This document shows, in pieces, positions 51,801 through 62,931 of a DNA stretch of 64,000 bases. Below the pieces are notes generated by a model. It was not told where the DNA came from and made no database searches. It saw only the letters and a program-made list of their open reading frames with translations. A program made the translations under genes and the position numbers. Origin of the DNA: Orbicella franksi (lineage: Eukaryota); assembly GCA_964199315.1 (NCBI GenBank), contig OZ116698.1, forward strand, positions 17,236,001 through 17,300,000, read 5' to 3'. Positions within the stretch are counted from its first letter, which is position 1, and every line of letters begins with the position of its first letter.

Positions 51801-53622
51801 AGCCCGAATTCTTTGTTTTTTTCCGCAGAAAATAAAACTTCTTCAAGCAAAAATAATCGAACTAAAGAAGGCGTTCCAACGAGAACTGGTAAGATTATGT
51901 GTTCACGTGATTCCGTTACTTAGGGAACTTTATCACTACCTGACTTCTTTTCTCTGCTAGTTAATCCTTTACAGGGACTGAGCCAACCTAAAACATAATT
52001 AGGCAAAAAACACACAAAATAATCGGTAAAAGGGTTGTAAAAAATGTTCTTGTCGTTTATTTTGTTGCAAACGTTCTTCGAATACTTTTTCTTCTCAGAA
52101 AATGGCCGCGCCTGGGGGAGAGGCTATGCAGAGAAGTCCTGGCACCCCAAACGGTGACGTCATTGAACACAGTGATGATGAGAAAGACAGACAGGAATAT
52201 CTCGAAGTTAACTTTAAGTATCCTTTGATGCTGGACACTAAAGACACAGTGTCCCGGCTGATTATCGAAAAATGACTTCCTTAATTTCCAGCGACCTCCC
52301 CGCCATGTTGTGTAACCAAGATGTATTAATTTAACTTACAGTATCACCTTAACTCATCCTTTGATGCTTGACAGTAAAGAGACAAGTGTCCCGACTGATG
52401 ATCGAAAAATCTCTTTTCTAATTTCCAACAACCTCCCTGCCATAGCTATGAAAACCAGATATATTAATTTAACTTACAGTATAACCTTAACTCAAAGTCA
52501 GATATTTAAAACATGTGGTATTAAAATACATGTGCAGTACGAACAAGCAGGTAATGTTGTAGTCGTTCAGTATTCTCCCTCTCTGTTTTATTTAACAGCT
52601 GGTTTGTTTTTAGCTCGTGCTTTATGATTACGTCTGTTCACACTTGGTTGGTTCATTTGACTTTGGATCCAGAGGTTGGCATCCAATCCCTGGCCAAAGG
52701 GATTGTGGGGTGTTGTTGGACAAGACTTTTTTAAATGACTCTCCCCATGCCTCTGTGTTCTGAAATATTGTTTGCATGACTCTTATTTTGGTATGAAAGG
52801 GGAAATAGAAAAGGCGTAGTCATATTATGCTTGTGTTAAGGTAAAAGGCGTGGGAATGAGCTCTCCTAACCTTGCGCGAGTGTTTCTCTCAATGTTTAGG
52901 AGCACGAAAAAAAAGTTTTCTTGAAGAAAGTAACTTGCAGGAAATTTTGTGACAACGCGGCTTTATGCCATTCCGAGCTTGCGCTTTCTCCAGGCTGTTT
53001 TCTAAATGTTATTTGTAATGTTTAAGTTTATAATATGTTGTGTTGTGTTTGTCTTGTTAGTCTCGCCAGTTGATCAACGTGATCGGCCATTTGTTAAGGT
53101 TCACACCCAAAGAGAGCGCATGCGTCAAGGAAGCTATGGAGTGGAAGGTTTGTGCCAACTTTTTTTTGTTGAGAAGTTCATGATCTCCACACTGACTAAG
53201 TAAATTCCCGAATGCTTTTTCTGTTGTTATTATTGTAACTGTCAATCTCCATGGTTCACTTTCCTTCGTGTTGAAATCTTACCTCCGTATTGAAATCTTA
53301 CCTCCGTATAATGTTACCTCCGTACAATTTGAATTTAAATAGTGTCGGTCCATCGTTGGAGCAGACATCATTTCTAGTTGTAGGTAATTCTTGAAGACAA
53401 AGAAAAGAATTGGTTAAACTGAATTTGGTATACTCTAAGTTGACATACAAAGACAAAAGGCTTATTACAGCCAGACGGCTTTGGGGTGACGAGCGTGTAA
53501 TTGGTGGAAGAGGACTTACTGGTCGGTGAAACTTTGATGTGTAAAACTGTAAATGTGTAAACTGTGATGTGTAAAACTAATGGTCTTAATATTTTTTATC
53601 GTTTCAGTTGCCACTTGATTAG
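27890..53622 (+). CDS. GOLGA1: Golgin subfamily A member 1 (golgin-97), coiled-coil + C-terminal GRIP domain, 31 coding exons, ~828 aa
   Basis: Exons 27890-28180, 30323-30410, 31241-31315, 32084-32181, 34069-34101, 34700-34774, 37261-37320, 38972-39060, 39410-39521, 40080-40175, 40275-40348, 40650-40704, 40821-40916, 41292-41387, 41529-41624, 41837-41893, 42892-42987, 43561-43650, 44186-44251, 44886-44966, 45116-45153, 46863-46935, 48190-48256, 49170-49240, 49557-49580, 49900-49959, 51829-51888, 52099-52217, 52502-52550, 53061-53147, 53608-53622; total 2487 nt, open. MFAKLKQKIAEE N-terminus; SSKEEILDLLAKKGEQVNRLEAKI (cf. human [24 protein letters not shown]); LQQQELTKMK; GRIP EVNFKYLKHVVLKYM...LINVIGHLLRFTPKE. 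Confidence 0.92.
31515..31930. mobile_element. PIF/Harbinger-like MITE, TTA TSD
   Basis: AGCCTGGTTTTCATAT ... ATATGAGAACCAGGCT; TTA at 31512-31514 and 31931-31933. Confidence 0.8.
33289..33916. mobile_element. Non-autonomous piggyBac-like element
   Basis: TTAA|CCCATTGAC ... GTCAATGGG|TTAA; TTAA TSD and CCC/GGG termini are diagnostic; no transposase. Confidence 0.85.
39541..39726. mobile_element. CAG...CTG-ended MITE with 5-bp TSD (hAT5-like)
   Basis: CAGGGGCGTTGCTAGG ... CCTTAGCTACGCCCCTG; GGATT at 39536-39540 and 39727-39731. Confidence 0.75.
45335..45372. repeat. Perfect 18-bp-arm palindrome with 2-nt loop
   Basis: CAGAAGCATATCACCTAG-AA-CTAGGTGATATGCTTCTG. Confidence 0.9.
45976..46345. 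mobile_element. PIF/Harbinger-like MITE, AAT TSD
   Basis: AGGGAGCTTAAGAAA(A)CCACGA ... TCGTGGTTTCTTAAGCTCCCT; AAT on both flanks. Confidence 0.75.
47796..48076 (+). mobile_element. MITE (AGAGCGGTTTTCA family)
   Basis: AGAGCGGTTTTC ... GAAAACCGCCCT inverted ends; second copy at 17695-17930. Confidence 0.7.
49327..49480 (+). mobile_element. 5' half of the tRNA-derived SINE
   Basis: TGGCTTAATGGTTAG A box, GGTTCGAGCCC B box, CAAGACACTTTA..GGTGTATAAATGG. Confidence 0.75.
51298..51715. mobile_element. Harbinger-like MITE with internal AAAACG repeats
   Basis: CCGATCACACTAATGCGTT ... AACCCATTAGTGTGGTCGG inverted ends. Confidence 0.6.
52221..52494. repeat. Two diverged ~137-bp tandem copies forming most of GOLGA1 intron 28
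   Basis: TCCTTTGATGCT..GTGTCCCG..ATCGAAAAAT..ATTAATTTAACTTACAGTAT.ACCTTAACTCA occurs twice. Confidence 0.85.
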
Positions 53623-55132
53623 GAATTTTTTTAAATGAAGTCGTTCCCAATAGGTAAGTTGTGAAGGTTACCGAATACTTAGGGTGAGAGAGAATGCGTT
53701 GATTAAATTTGTTGTCCGAATTTCACATGTTGAAATGCGCATGTCGTTCCAGCGCTCAGTTAAAGTTATTATGGACACGATTAACATTCGTCAGGAGTTA
53801 TACCATCAGTGAAAGTAAAAAGGTTAAAACCGTTTCACTTGAAATTTACGGTTCCAGCGAGTCTGTCCAAGTGGGTATAAAAAAAATTAAATGTTCTTCC
53901 AATGTGCGCGCCTTAAGACAAAACTATGTAGATATTGTATGCTGTAAAAATAATAAATACTGCATTTACACGGAATACTAGTGGTTGGACGCAAGAAAGA
54001 AAAATGGGGACTGTAAATAGAACATTCGTCAGGGGTATTCTTACGCCATGATGAGTTCTAACACGTTTTGAAACGTGCCTGTGTGTCCTTGAAATGAATT
54101 TAAACTTAAATTAAACAGCAACTTTTAAAAAGCGCGCGTATAATTAAGTTAATTCTTACTTTAATTTTAAAGCTTAAAAAACGTAGTCGATTACAAGATT
54201 AAAATACTATATTGTGTAAACGTATGTAAATATAACACGCTGGGATTTTATTGATGCTTGCATATTCAAGATGCAGGATCAATGAGCGAGGCACGCTTTG
54301 GATTTCAGCATGGCTTTTAGCCAGTAAGAGTGGAGCTGCCCCTTAAATTGAGCAAATAAATTAGTACCGTCCTGAACAAACACCCAGAGACTGCTCTTTA
54401 TTAACCTTTAACATCGTCCTTTAACATACACCTAAATAAACTCTAACATTTTTATTGCAGATGGATTAACAAGCTGTGTTCCTTGCTTTACAACCGTAAC
54501 ACACCGCACTAGCAAGACGAGAAGCGGCACACATTACAAATAGCTTTTCTTCCAGGTTCTTCTTAGCCATTTATCGTACTTTCCATAACGTCACGTCGCT
54601 GTCGGCGACGTAAGCTAGCATAGGAATTTTGACACATTCTCTCCCAAGTTCAGTAACAACATTCTCCTTACTCCTTCATCCGTTTTTCATAAACCAAGGT
54701 GGGAGAATTTGGTGCACTGATCGGCCTCTCTACTCTTGTTACTCACCTACTTATAGGTAGGTATAAAGGTGTAGAGAAATTATAAGCCGATCAGAGGTGA
54801 CAGCTTAAGGGAAAAGGGTATCACTATCATGATAGAACATGGTGACAGACTCTTTAAGGGACTAACAAGAGTAAAATTACTTCAGAAATGCTTTTTATTT
54901 AGTACCAGGAGCCATCACTAAGGGCTCCTGCCAGCACTGTATATTGTTTTCTGTTTTAACAAGCCCGACCGAACTGGAAATCATATTATAACATGAATCT
55001 ATTTTTAGGAACGTAAGCACAGCATTTGTTGTTGGAATTCTAAGCTGGGACTTTGGAAAAAAAGTAACACGACGATAACGACAATTTTAGCGAGATAGAA
55101 TAATTATCAAATATCCTTTTGGAGAGGTATTT

Positions 55133-55297
55133 TTAATGTGAACGTCGAGAAATGATATCACAAGAATTAATATAATATGTCTGGCAAGAATATTAAATAT
55201 GAAAATAACTATATTTAATATGAACGTCAAGAAATGATATCACAAGAATTAATATAATTTATCTGGCAAGAATGTTAAATATGAAAATGACTATATT
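55133..55297. repeat. Two-copy ~82-bp tandem duplication
   Basis: TGAACGTC.AGAAATGATATCACAAGAATTAATATAAT..TCTGGCAAGAAT.TTAAATATGAAAAT.ACTATAT twice. Confidence 0.85.
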
Positions 55298-57488
55298 TAT
55301 TTTCCGAGAGTGGAAAAAGAAGTATTGGTATTATCTTTATTCAGAGAAATTAAAGGTGTAATATATCATTTGTAACAGAATAAATGCAATGTTGATGAAA
55401 GCTTAAACAATTATAGTTACTTAAAGTACTTTGTCTTCCTCCATTAATACCGAAATAAGTGAACATCCTTCCTCTTGGCGCATCCAGTTCTCAGTCTTTT
55501 CCTCTGAGAAGTAAAAAGGTCGTTTAGTTTCCGTTGTAGTCAGCACAACTATTTTCTTCTCAAAGTTCTTCTTATCCTGTGACTGTTTCTAGATGGTCTG
55601 CTGTGTTTCGCCGTGGTCGGTGTTGTTTTTGAATTGGAAGGCTTGCGCACACCTGCACGACGTTTTCACGGTCATGCTAATTTTGACTGAGTGGACCGGA
55701 AGACATAAGACATGATATCAAATACTGCACTTCCCCCTAGATTTTAAGTGTACTTTCCATTTAGAGACGGACGTTTAAACGGATTAGTTAAATATCAGCT
55801 CAACACATCGAAAATTGAGGTCGATCTCCACAGTCACGAACGTTGCTTACAGATTGAATGATGCTTATATCTTATGGCTGACCTGACTGACGCGCTAACT
55901 AAACATTCATGCGCCTTTTACACTGAAACTTTGAAGAAATAAAGGCCAGTAAATCCTCTAAAGTACACTGAACGGACATTATGTGATATGTAAACAAGCC
56001 GGTTGAACATTGAATCGTGTCATGTTTACCCAAAGGCAATCTACACCCAATGCCGGTTTTAGAGAACTAGAAAAGATATTTTTAATTTTGGTGTTAATTG
56101 AAATCAGTGGCAAAATTTGGCCGCCTACTATCTCGACTTCTCCGCCTGTTCAATTTATTTCCCTAGAGAATGAAATCACACACATGCAGAACTGTGTCAA
56201 AATTTACCGGAGTGACTTCGAGAAGAACATTACTGCTCGCATAAAGTATGTGTTTGAACATTGGCCAAATGTATCTTAGAATTCAAAGAAACCACTTCAG
56301 TACGGAAAACCGCGCGTTAATTAAATGACGAATGACTGGCATTTTTTCAAAATTTAGTGATCGCGAGCTTTAATGGACCGAAAAGGGATTACATCATTTC
56401 ACGCCGAGTGCGATTAAACCGTATCTCCAAGAAAGTCTGGTGTTTATTGTAAAGAACGATGCGTAATACGAAGTGGGCCATTTTCCTCAGATTCAGTTTA
56501 ATGAAAGATCTTTAATAGTAGTTGTGAAAGTTGCGACCAACGCTCCTCGTTAACCTAATTAAAAATGCAGATTATCTCCGCTGGAAAGGCTACAAAACCG
56601 AACTCGATGTCAGTTCCTGGTTTCTGCAATGCTTCCGCATACAGTATGTATATTGTTTGAAATGATTTCCTAAATTATACGTATTGACCATGAATTAGGT
56701 GGAAAAAACAAAAACAAAAACAAAGAAAGCAGCTCGCTACCATGGCCGAGACCATATAAAAGCTTTCACCGAGAAACAAGAAAACTTCAAAGTTTTCAAG
56801 GTTTCTTGTTTCCCGATTAAAGCTTCTATCTTCTCCAATCCTGACTGACACAACTAGGTTCTTAGCCTGACTATTATTTGTTTCAGTTTTATTGATTCGA
56901 AGTATATGTTAAAGAAATACTTCTTTATTTTTTTTATTAAAAGTTTAATTATTCCCTCTCTAATATATCGTATCCTTGAGTACTCTAGGTTTCTTGACAA
57001 ATGTAATTTATAGTTGCATAAAAATAGAATCGAATCAATCCTGTAAATTTACAAGGAAGAAACCAAAGTTCGAAATTAGCACCCCGGGCGATCAACTGAG
57101 GAAATAAGGTAACGAGGATTGGTAATGGTGTGATACCGGCTTTTAAACGCGGGGCATTAACTCCGTTTCAATTAGAGGATATTGGAGGGACTTAGTTACG
57201 CTAAAGAGAGAGGTTGGTTTGCTTTATGACCCACTGTTTTTTGAAATATAGAAACTAAACTGACGTAACGTTCTTTAGTAAATTGCAATGGACATTTGTG
57301 TACTTAATCGCGGAATTGGTAATGTTTTCGCTTTTAAGTTCAAGAGCTGACGTAAACTGCTTCCAGATAAAGCTTCTTTAATTTTAGCAGAGGTGATATT
57401 GTTATAGTTAAGCAACGTAAGCGTAGGTGAACAACCTTATATACAGCGTTTTTTTTTTTTTTTTTTTTTTTCGCCTTCCTTTTTTTTT

Positions 57489-58442
57489 TCAAGACGAGAA
57501 ACAAGCGCAAAGCCCTGTTATGGTTTCTTTCACTGCCTGTCGAACTTCCTTGATCTTCCAGCAGTAAAGAACTGGGTTTAACGACGAATTAAGGTAGATT
57601 AGGGTAAATACCCATACTTGTGCGAGTAAAAGAGTAACACTTACGCCTTGAGCTATCGAGACTGCCGATACTACAGTAGTTGGAAGATAACATGCTACCA
57701 AAGTAAGGTGAACCCACAATGCATTGAAAACTGTCTTTTTGTATCGCGCCATGTTAAGTCCGGTATTTCCTGTTTGGCCTCCATGTGTGTCTTGTAACTG
57801 CATTTGCAGACGTCGTATTATAAAAAAGATTCTCGTATAAGAATAAGTTGAAATTATGATTGCAGGAAGGAAAGTGAGTAACCAGAAGATGTATAAGTAG
57901 AAAAGAGGAATGATCCAAACAGAAAGAAAGCCAGCCACACTGGTTGGAACCCAAAAAAGGAAAACGGCCACGCGAACTCGCTTGAGAGTAACGACTTGTC
58001 TGTATCGTAACCTCAATAACAGAGCGAGAAGTCTGTCCACACTGATTGTGGTCAATGTTAATATGGATACAACACAGAATATTCCGTTGATACACTGAGA
58101 CCATATTTGAATAACTCGACTAAGATGCAGGCGTTCAAATAAAGCTGAGAAAATAACAGCGACCGTTAGAGGCTGGCCTAGTACGCCAACACCAAGATCC
58201 GTGATTGCTAGAGAACGAAGCAATAGCTTTGATGCCGGATTTAGAGAAGTCTCCTTGTGAAGGGCGAGTAGGATCAAACTGTTCCCAATAGTAGCTGTAA
58301 TAGTAAGAACAATGCAGAACGACGCCATAGAAATGCAGTGAAGGGCAATGAACCGATAATTCTCGCTGCCCGAAACTGAACTGGAACAAAACAGATATCC
58401 GTCAAACATTTCTTCGCTGGTTTGGTCGCTTAAGTTTGCCAT
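57489..58442 (-). CDS. Intronless class A (rhodopsin-like) GPCR, melanocortin/adenosine-like cnidarian expansion type, 317 aa
   Basis: Seven hydrophobic segments; GNSLI (TM1), LAITD (TM2), SVDRLL (DRY variant), very short ECL2, CYLP (TM6), NSSLNPVLYCW (NPxxY). Confidence 0.92.
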   Translation of the reverse strand: MANLSDQTSEEMFDGYLFCSSSVSGSENYRFIALHCISMASFCIVLTITATIGNSLILLALHKETSLNPASKLLLRSLAITDLGVGVLGQPLTVAVIFSALFERLHLSRVIQIWSQCINGIFCVVSILTLTTISVDRLLALLLRLRYRQVVTLKRVRVAVFLFWVPTSVAGFLSVWIIPLFYLYIFWLLTFLPAIIISTYSYTRIFFIIRRLQMQLQDTHGGQTGNTGLNMARYKKTVFNALWVHLTLVACYLPTTVVSAVSIAQGVSVTLLLAQVWVFTLIYLNSSLNPVLYCWKIKEVRQAVKETITGLCACFSS

Positions 58443-58888
58443 CTTTTTGAAGGCTGCTCTAAAAAACTAGCTTAAGCAAAAACGGATTTAACAAGCGGCA
58501 GATTTTCGTTCGAATCGTAATTTTTAAAGTGTTCTTCTTGTTCCAAAGGCCTTTCTCGCCCGTGAATGTGGGGTTATTAACGTTGGTCAGCTGCAAAGTT
58601 TGGTAAATCTTTGAGAATGACTTGCCTTCAAGTTATTGCCTTCGGTTTTTTTACATCGCAGGTGTTCGTTCAGCAATTGGCTTTTCTGGCCTAATAGTTT
58701 TTTGTTGATCGGTTGTATGACATATATAACGCGCATTTGCCTGTTGAATGACGGATGTTTAATCGATCGATAAGTCTGATATCAGCTGGACACTTTAAAA
58801 AGGAACTCTCATCACCGTGAGCTGTCCATCTCAATGGCGCCTTAATACAACATTCGGACCACTCAGAATTCTCCTCATCGTGAACCAG

Positions 58889-59608
58889 TTAAATTCAAAG
58901 TGCCAAATAATGCAATAGCGAACGGGTATTTGCCGGTAACTATACATTATGCATGCACGTATTTTGTGCGGCCATAAGCCGTGTTTCTTCTGGTAGCTTT
59001 ACATGTAGCCTTGGAACAGGGCAATGAATTAGACCGATGGCAACTCGGCAACATAGGGCTTTAATACAGAAGCAAATCCTTCCATTAATTTCAATTTTCA
59101 GTGGACCAGTCCATTTAGTTCTCCATCTCGCTATCGGTCAGAATTCTCCTTCTCATCGTGTACCAGTTTGCCACATTATTTTACAGCAATATTTGCTGGC
59201 TGAATAATAAAAAATGTGTCTGCTTAAAAATTGGCTAAATCACACTATTTGAATATGTTAACACGCAGACCGAACTTTGAATACATCAACTCCAATTGAA
59301 TTGACGGTTTTAGCCTTGACTGACCTGCCTTTTCTGTGATCGTGACGTTAATAGAGCTCCAGAAGTGGAGAGCTAAATGGACTGGTCCACTGTAAATTGA
59401 AATTAATGGAAGGATTTTGCCTCTGCATCAAAGAGCCCTTTGTTGCGGAGTTCCCATCGGTCTAATTCATTGCCCTGTTCCAAAGCTACATGTAAAGCTA
59501 CCAGAAGGAACACGGCTTATGGCCACGTAAAGTACGTGCATGTATATTGTATATAGTTACCGGCAAATACCCGTTCGCTATTGTACTTATTTGGCACTTT
59601 GAATTTAA
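58889..59608. repeat. Long inverted repeat, arms ~240 bp (58889-59125 and 59366-59608), spacer ~240 bp
   Basis: Arm 2 is the reverse complement of arm 1 with scattered mismatches; long identical blocks e.g. GGAACAGGGCAATGAATTAGACCGATGG and TAGCGAACGGGTATTTGCCGGTAACTATA. Confidence 0.9.
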
Positions 59609-61155
59609 GGTGCAGTTAAGGTATTAACTTCATCCTGTCACTTTTAAATTGTATGCCCTAGTCTTTATGTCTATAAAACTTTTATCTACTTGTATCCATG
59701 ACGCTTATTTTGAGAGCCGGCTTAATGGGAGCACCCGGGTGATACGGACAGTTTTGCTTGTTCCCTTGGTTTCTCTAGTAACCGGTTTCACTGGTGCCAG
59801 TGATATTTGAACTTGATTCTTTACTGAGGGGCCTGAAGGGGTAAACTGGGATTTGCCAACATTTTCTGGGAAAGTGAGACTTGGCTGAGACACTAAGTCT
59901 AGGAATCGCAACCAAAAAAATGAGGACTTGGATTTGGGCAACACAAAAAAAAAATTTGGGCTGGAAAATGGGATTTGCGACCAGTTATCAAAGTCCCGAA
60001 ATTGTTGTCAATAAAATGTGGTAAATAAAACCCCTATTGACCGGCCTCCTCCATTAAGCGGCCGCGGCCACCTTTTGGTCGTCCCAATTCGGGTTTTCTA
60101 TTGTCCTTACCTGTATCAAGCGGCCACCCAAAATTAAGTGCGCGTAGTTTGGTTTTGTTTAAGAAAAGGTGATGACAGATTAGAGTCAGAAATAGAAAGT
60201 GAATAAAAAAAGAAAACATTTATCGTTGTCTTCATGTGATTCCATGTCGCCTTAGAGTATGTTTATATTTGAATAAATTGACGTTTGTGCTAAGCCTTAT
60301 TCTAATTCGTTACGAACCTCTATTAAGCAGCCACCACCTCCTATTTCCCCGAGGGTGGCCACAATCAGTGCATAAATGATTTAAAACGTAATTTTTGAAG
60401 ACAGACACTACCTTGCTGATGCAGGATACATAGATGACACGTTAATTTTTACACTTACTGATCCGCCCTTAGGACATGCTACCGTTGGAAGCTCTTGCGA
60501 AAATAAAATAACAAACCCACACTAGGGCCGGAAAAATACTGAAATCAAATACATAAAACAAAGAAACACAATGGGAGACAAATGTTTCCTTCCAGGTTTT
60601 GGGTGCGATGTAAATTAATTTGTGTAAAAATTGCATGTTACGGATGCAGAACACTGAGTTTAATTCCTCATTTCTGTGCTTGCTTTTGTTCTCTACGGTT
60701 TTGAACCCCATTGTTTTGGTCGTTGTAAAATTTTATATCTTTCGAATTCCTGTTTACAAATTCTGTTTGCGTCTGACGCCTCAGGAAAAACATTACCTTA
60801 CGATCCATTCACCTGCATCTTTTGTTTCCATGATATTGCTTAATTGGTTATTCTTATGTGGCTTAGATCATATCAATATTCTATTACAGGTGTTTGGAAC
60901 AAATATCCAACAGTCACTAAACGACAGAAAAAAAAAAAGAAATTTTAAAATCAATTCAAGAGAAGTAGCTATGACAACATGTGAACCTGTGATGTAAAAG
61001 TACAACACCGGAAAATAAAACTTTCTGCACCCAGTGCTGCGTGGTCTGACGAAATGACTGATCAAAGCAGAAACTGAAAGAGCCAATGTAAAATGTCACT
61101 CTGCCAGATAAATCGGAAACACAAATCAGCTACTTCACACTATTTTTAAGTCAAC

Positions 61156-62088
61156 ATGAACTACACTGAACATGATAACGATTTGAGCACCGCAGCAAAG
61201 GCAGTGTTGTCAACGTGGTATGGTCTCACAGGTTTGGGGGCCATCATTGGAAACGGGGTTGTGTTGTGGTTGATCATCACTAAAAGGTCGCTAAGAACAA
61301 TTTCGAACTTGTTGCTGTCTTCGTTGGCAGCTGCGGACCTTTTAGTGGGATTCGTTATACAGCCCGTGTGGATATCTATTAGATACACAGCTTACAATGT
61401 AGATCGTGTACAAACCTACGGCAAAGCTATCGACTATCTTTGGATTCATACAACAGTAGCTACTACATTCAACTTATGCTGTGTAACCCTGGACAGACAT
61501 ATCGCCATCTTTCATCCTCTCCGCTACGAAGACATTCTCAGCTACACAAGATGTTACGTGCTGATAGCCACTGTTTGGTTTTTGTCCTTGGTTCTCCCCT
61601 GTTCGAGGTTCTTGGTAGAGGATGTAATAGGTCTATCAACATTATATATTTCTTTTACAATCATAACGGTATTGATACCGATGATTATCATCATACTGTG
61701 CTCTATTCGGATTTTAAAAGCCGCTTCAGTGCAGTCTAGGCGAATAACTGTCAATACCTTGCAGAATCAAGACGCTGTGAAAAGAAGAAAAAAGAACTTC
61801 AAGGCTGCGATGACGATCAGCATTGTGGTTGGTCTGTTTGTCGTTTGTTGGTTGCCGAGTCTAATAACTTCTCTTGTGCATCATTTTAGCGGTAAATCTA
61901 CCTTCACCAAGTTGTGGGCACCCGTCGAAGCGGCCGCGTTTACATCATCGACCATAAACCCGTGGGTGTATTGTTTGCGAAACGAAGAATTTAATGAAGC
62001 TTTAACTCGTACTTTGCGATTTCTTACAAGACGAAATTCGGAGCAAAACGGTCTTCATCGTTCAGTTGACGGTTCAACGAACAGCTAG
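61156..62088 (+). CDS. Intronless class A GPCR (orphan, adenosine/amine-receptor-like), 310 aa
   Basis: GNGVV, LAAAD, TLDRH, CWLP, NPWVY motifs; seven TM segments. Confidence 0.92.
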   Translation: MNYTEHDNDLSTAAKAVLSTWYGLTGLGAIIGNGVVLWLIITKRSLRTISNLLLSSLAAADLLVGFVIQPVWISIRYTAYNVDRVQTYGKAIDYLWIHTTVATTFNLCCVTLDRHIAIFHPLRYEDILSYTRCYVLIATVWFLSLVLPCSRFLVEDVIGLSTLYISFTIITVLIPMIIIILCSIRILKAASVQSRRITVNTLQNQDAVKRRKKNFKAAMTISIVVGLFVVCWLPSLITSLVHHFSGKSTFTKLWAPVEAAAFTSSTINPWVYCLRNEEFNEALTRTLRFLTRRNSEQNGLHRSVDGSTNS

Positions 62089-62931
62089 CTGAATGAAAAT
62101 CGCACATGTATTATCTACCTGTTTGAATTTCCTATGTTTATTGAAGTTATACAGAAAAGCCCCGGAAATTAGTCCGTGGTACTTTCTTCTTACTATGAAT
62201 AAATTCTAGATCTTGGAAAACAACTGGAAAATTAGAACTAAAAATAAAGCTGGCTCTTGTGTCTTTGTCAAAGAAAAGTAATTAGATATTCAACCTTGTA
62301 GTCACAACGAAAAGCGTGATGGATAATTGACAGAAAGAGGTATTATTTGTGGAGAGTTCAGATAATTTTACAATGGAGAAAAAAGAAAGAAAAACTTCAA
62401 GAGCGTTTACAGATATTTTAAAATGTTAGATAAGAATATTAGGATTAAATTCGTTAAGAAATGAATAAGTCATGTTTAAAAAATGCAAACAGGGTAGGCT
62501 GTATCCGTAGTAAATTCTGCATCCGTAATTCTGCATCCGTAATTCTGCATCCGTAATTCTTCATCCGTAATTCTTCATCCGCACGCACTCGTAAAAACGT
62601 GTCGTCACCAGTCGCCTGACTACACAGTACACACAGCATATGCCGACAGGTTTTCCTAATTAAATCCTTTTGTGCTGCACTAGAGCGACTTTTTTTATTA
62701 ATTACTTGAAAACTCATTTATTATAAATAAACAAGTGAGAGCAGTGTCAAACGTCAAAGGTAAACATTAGCTTTTTTGACGTGAGCGTGATGTAGCATAA
62801 TGAGGCCACTGGAGTTTAACAGCGAGATTTTCTGGCTATCGAGCATTAGTATATTAGTGAAAACTTTGAGCATAATGTGGAAAACAAAATCAGGCAAGAT
62901 ATCTAACGCTAGATTTCTGTTATACTACTTT

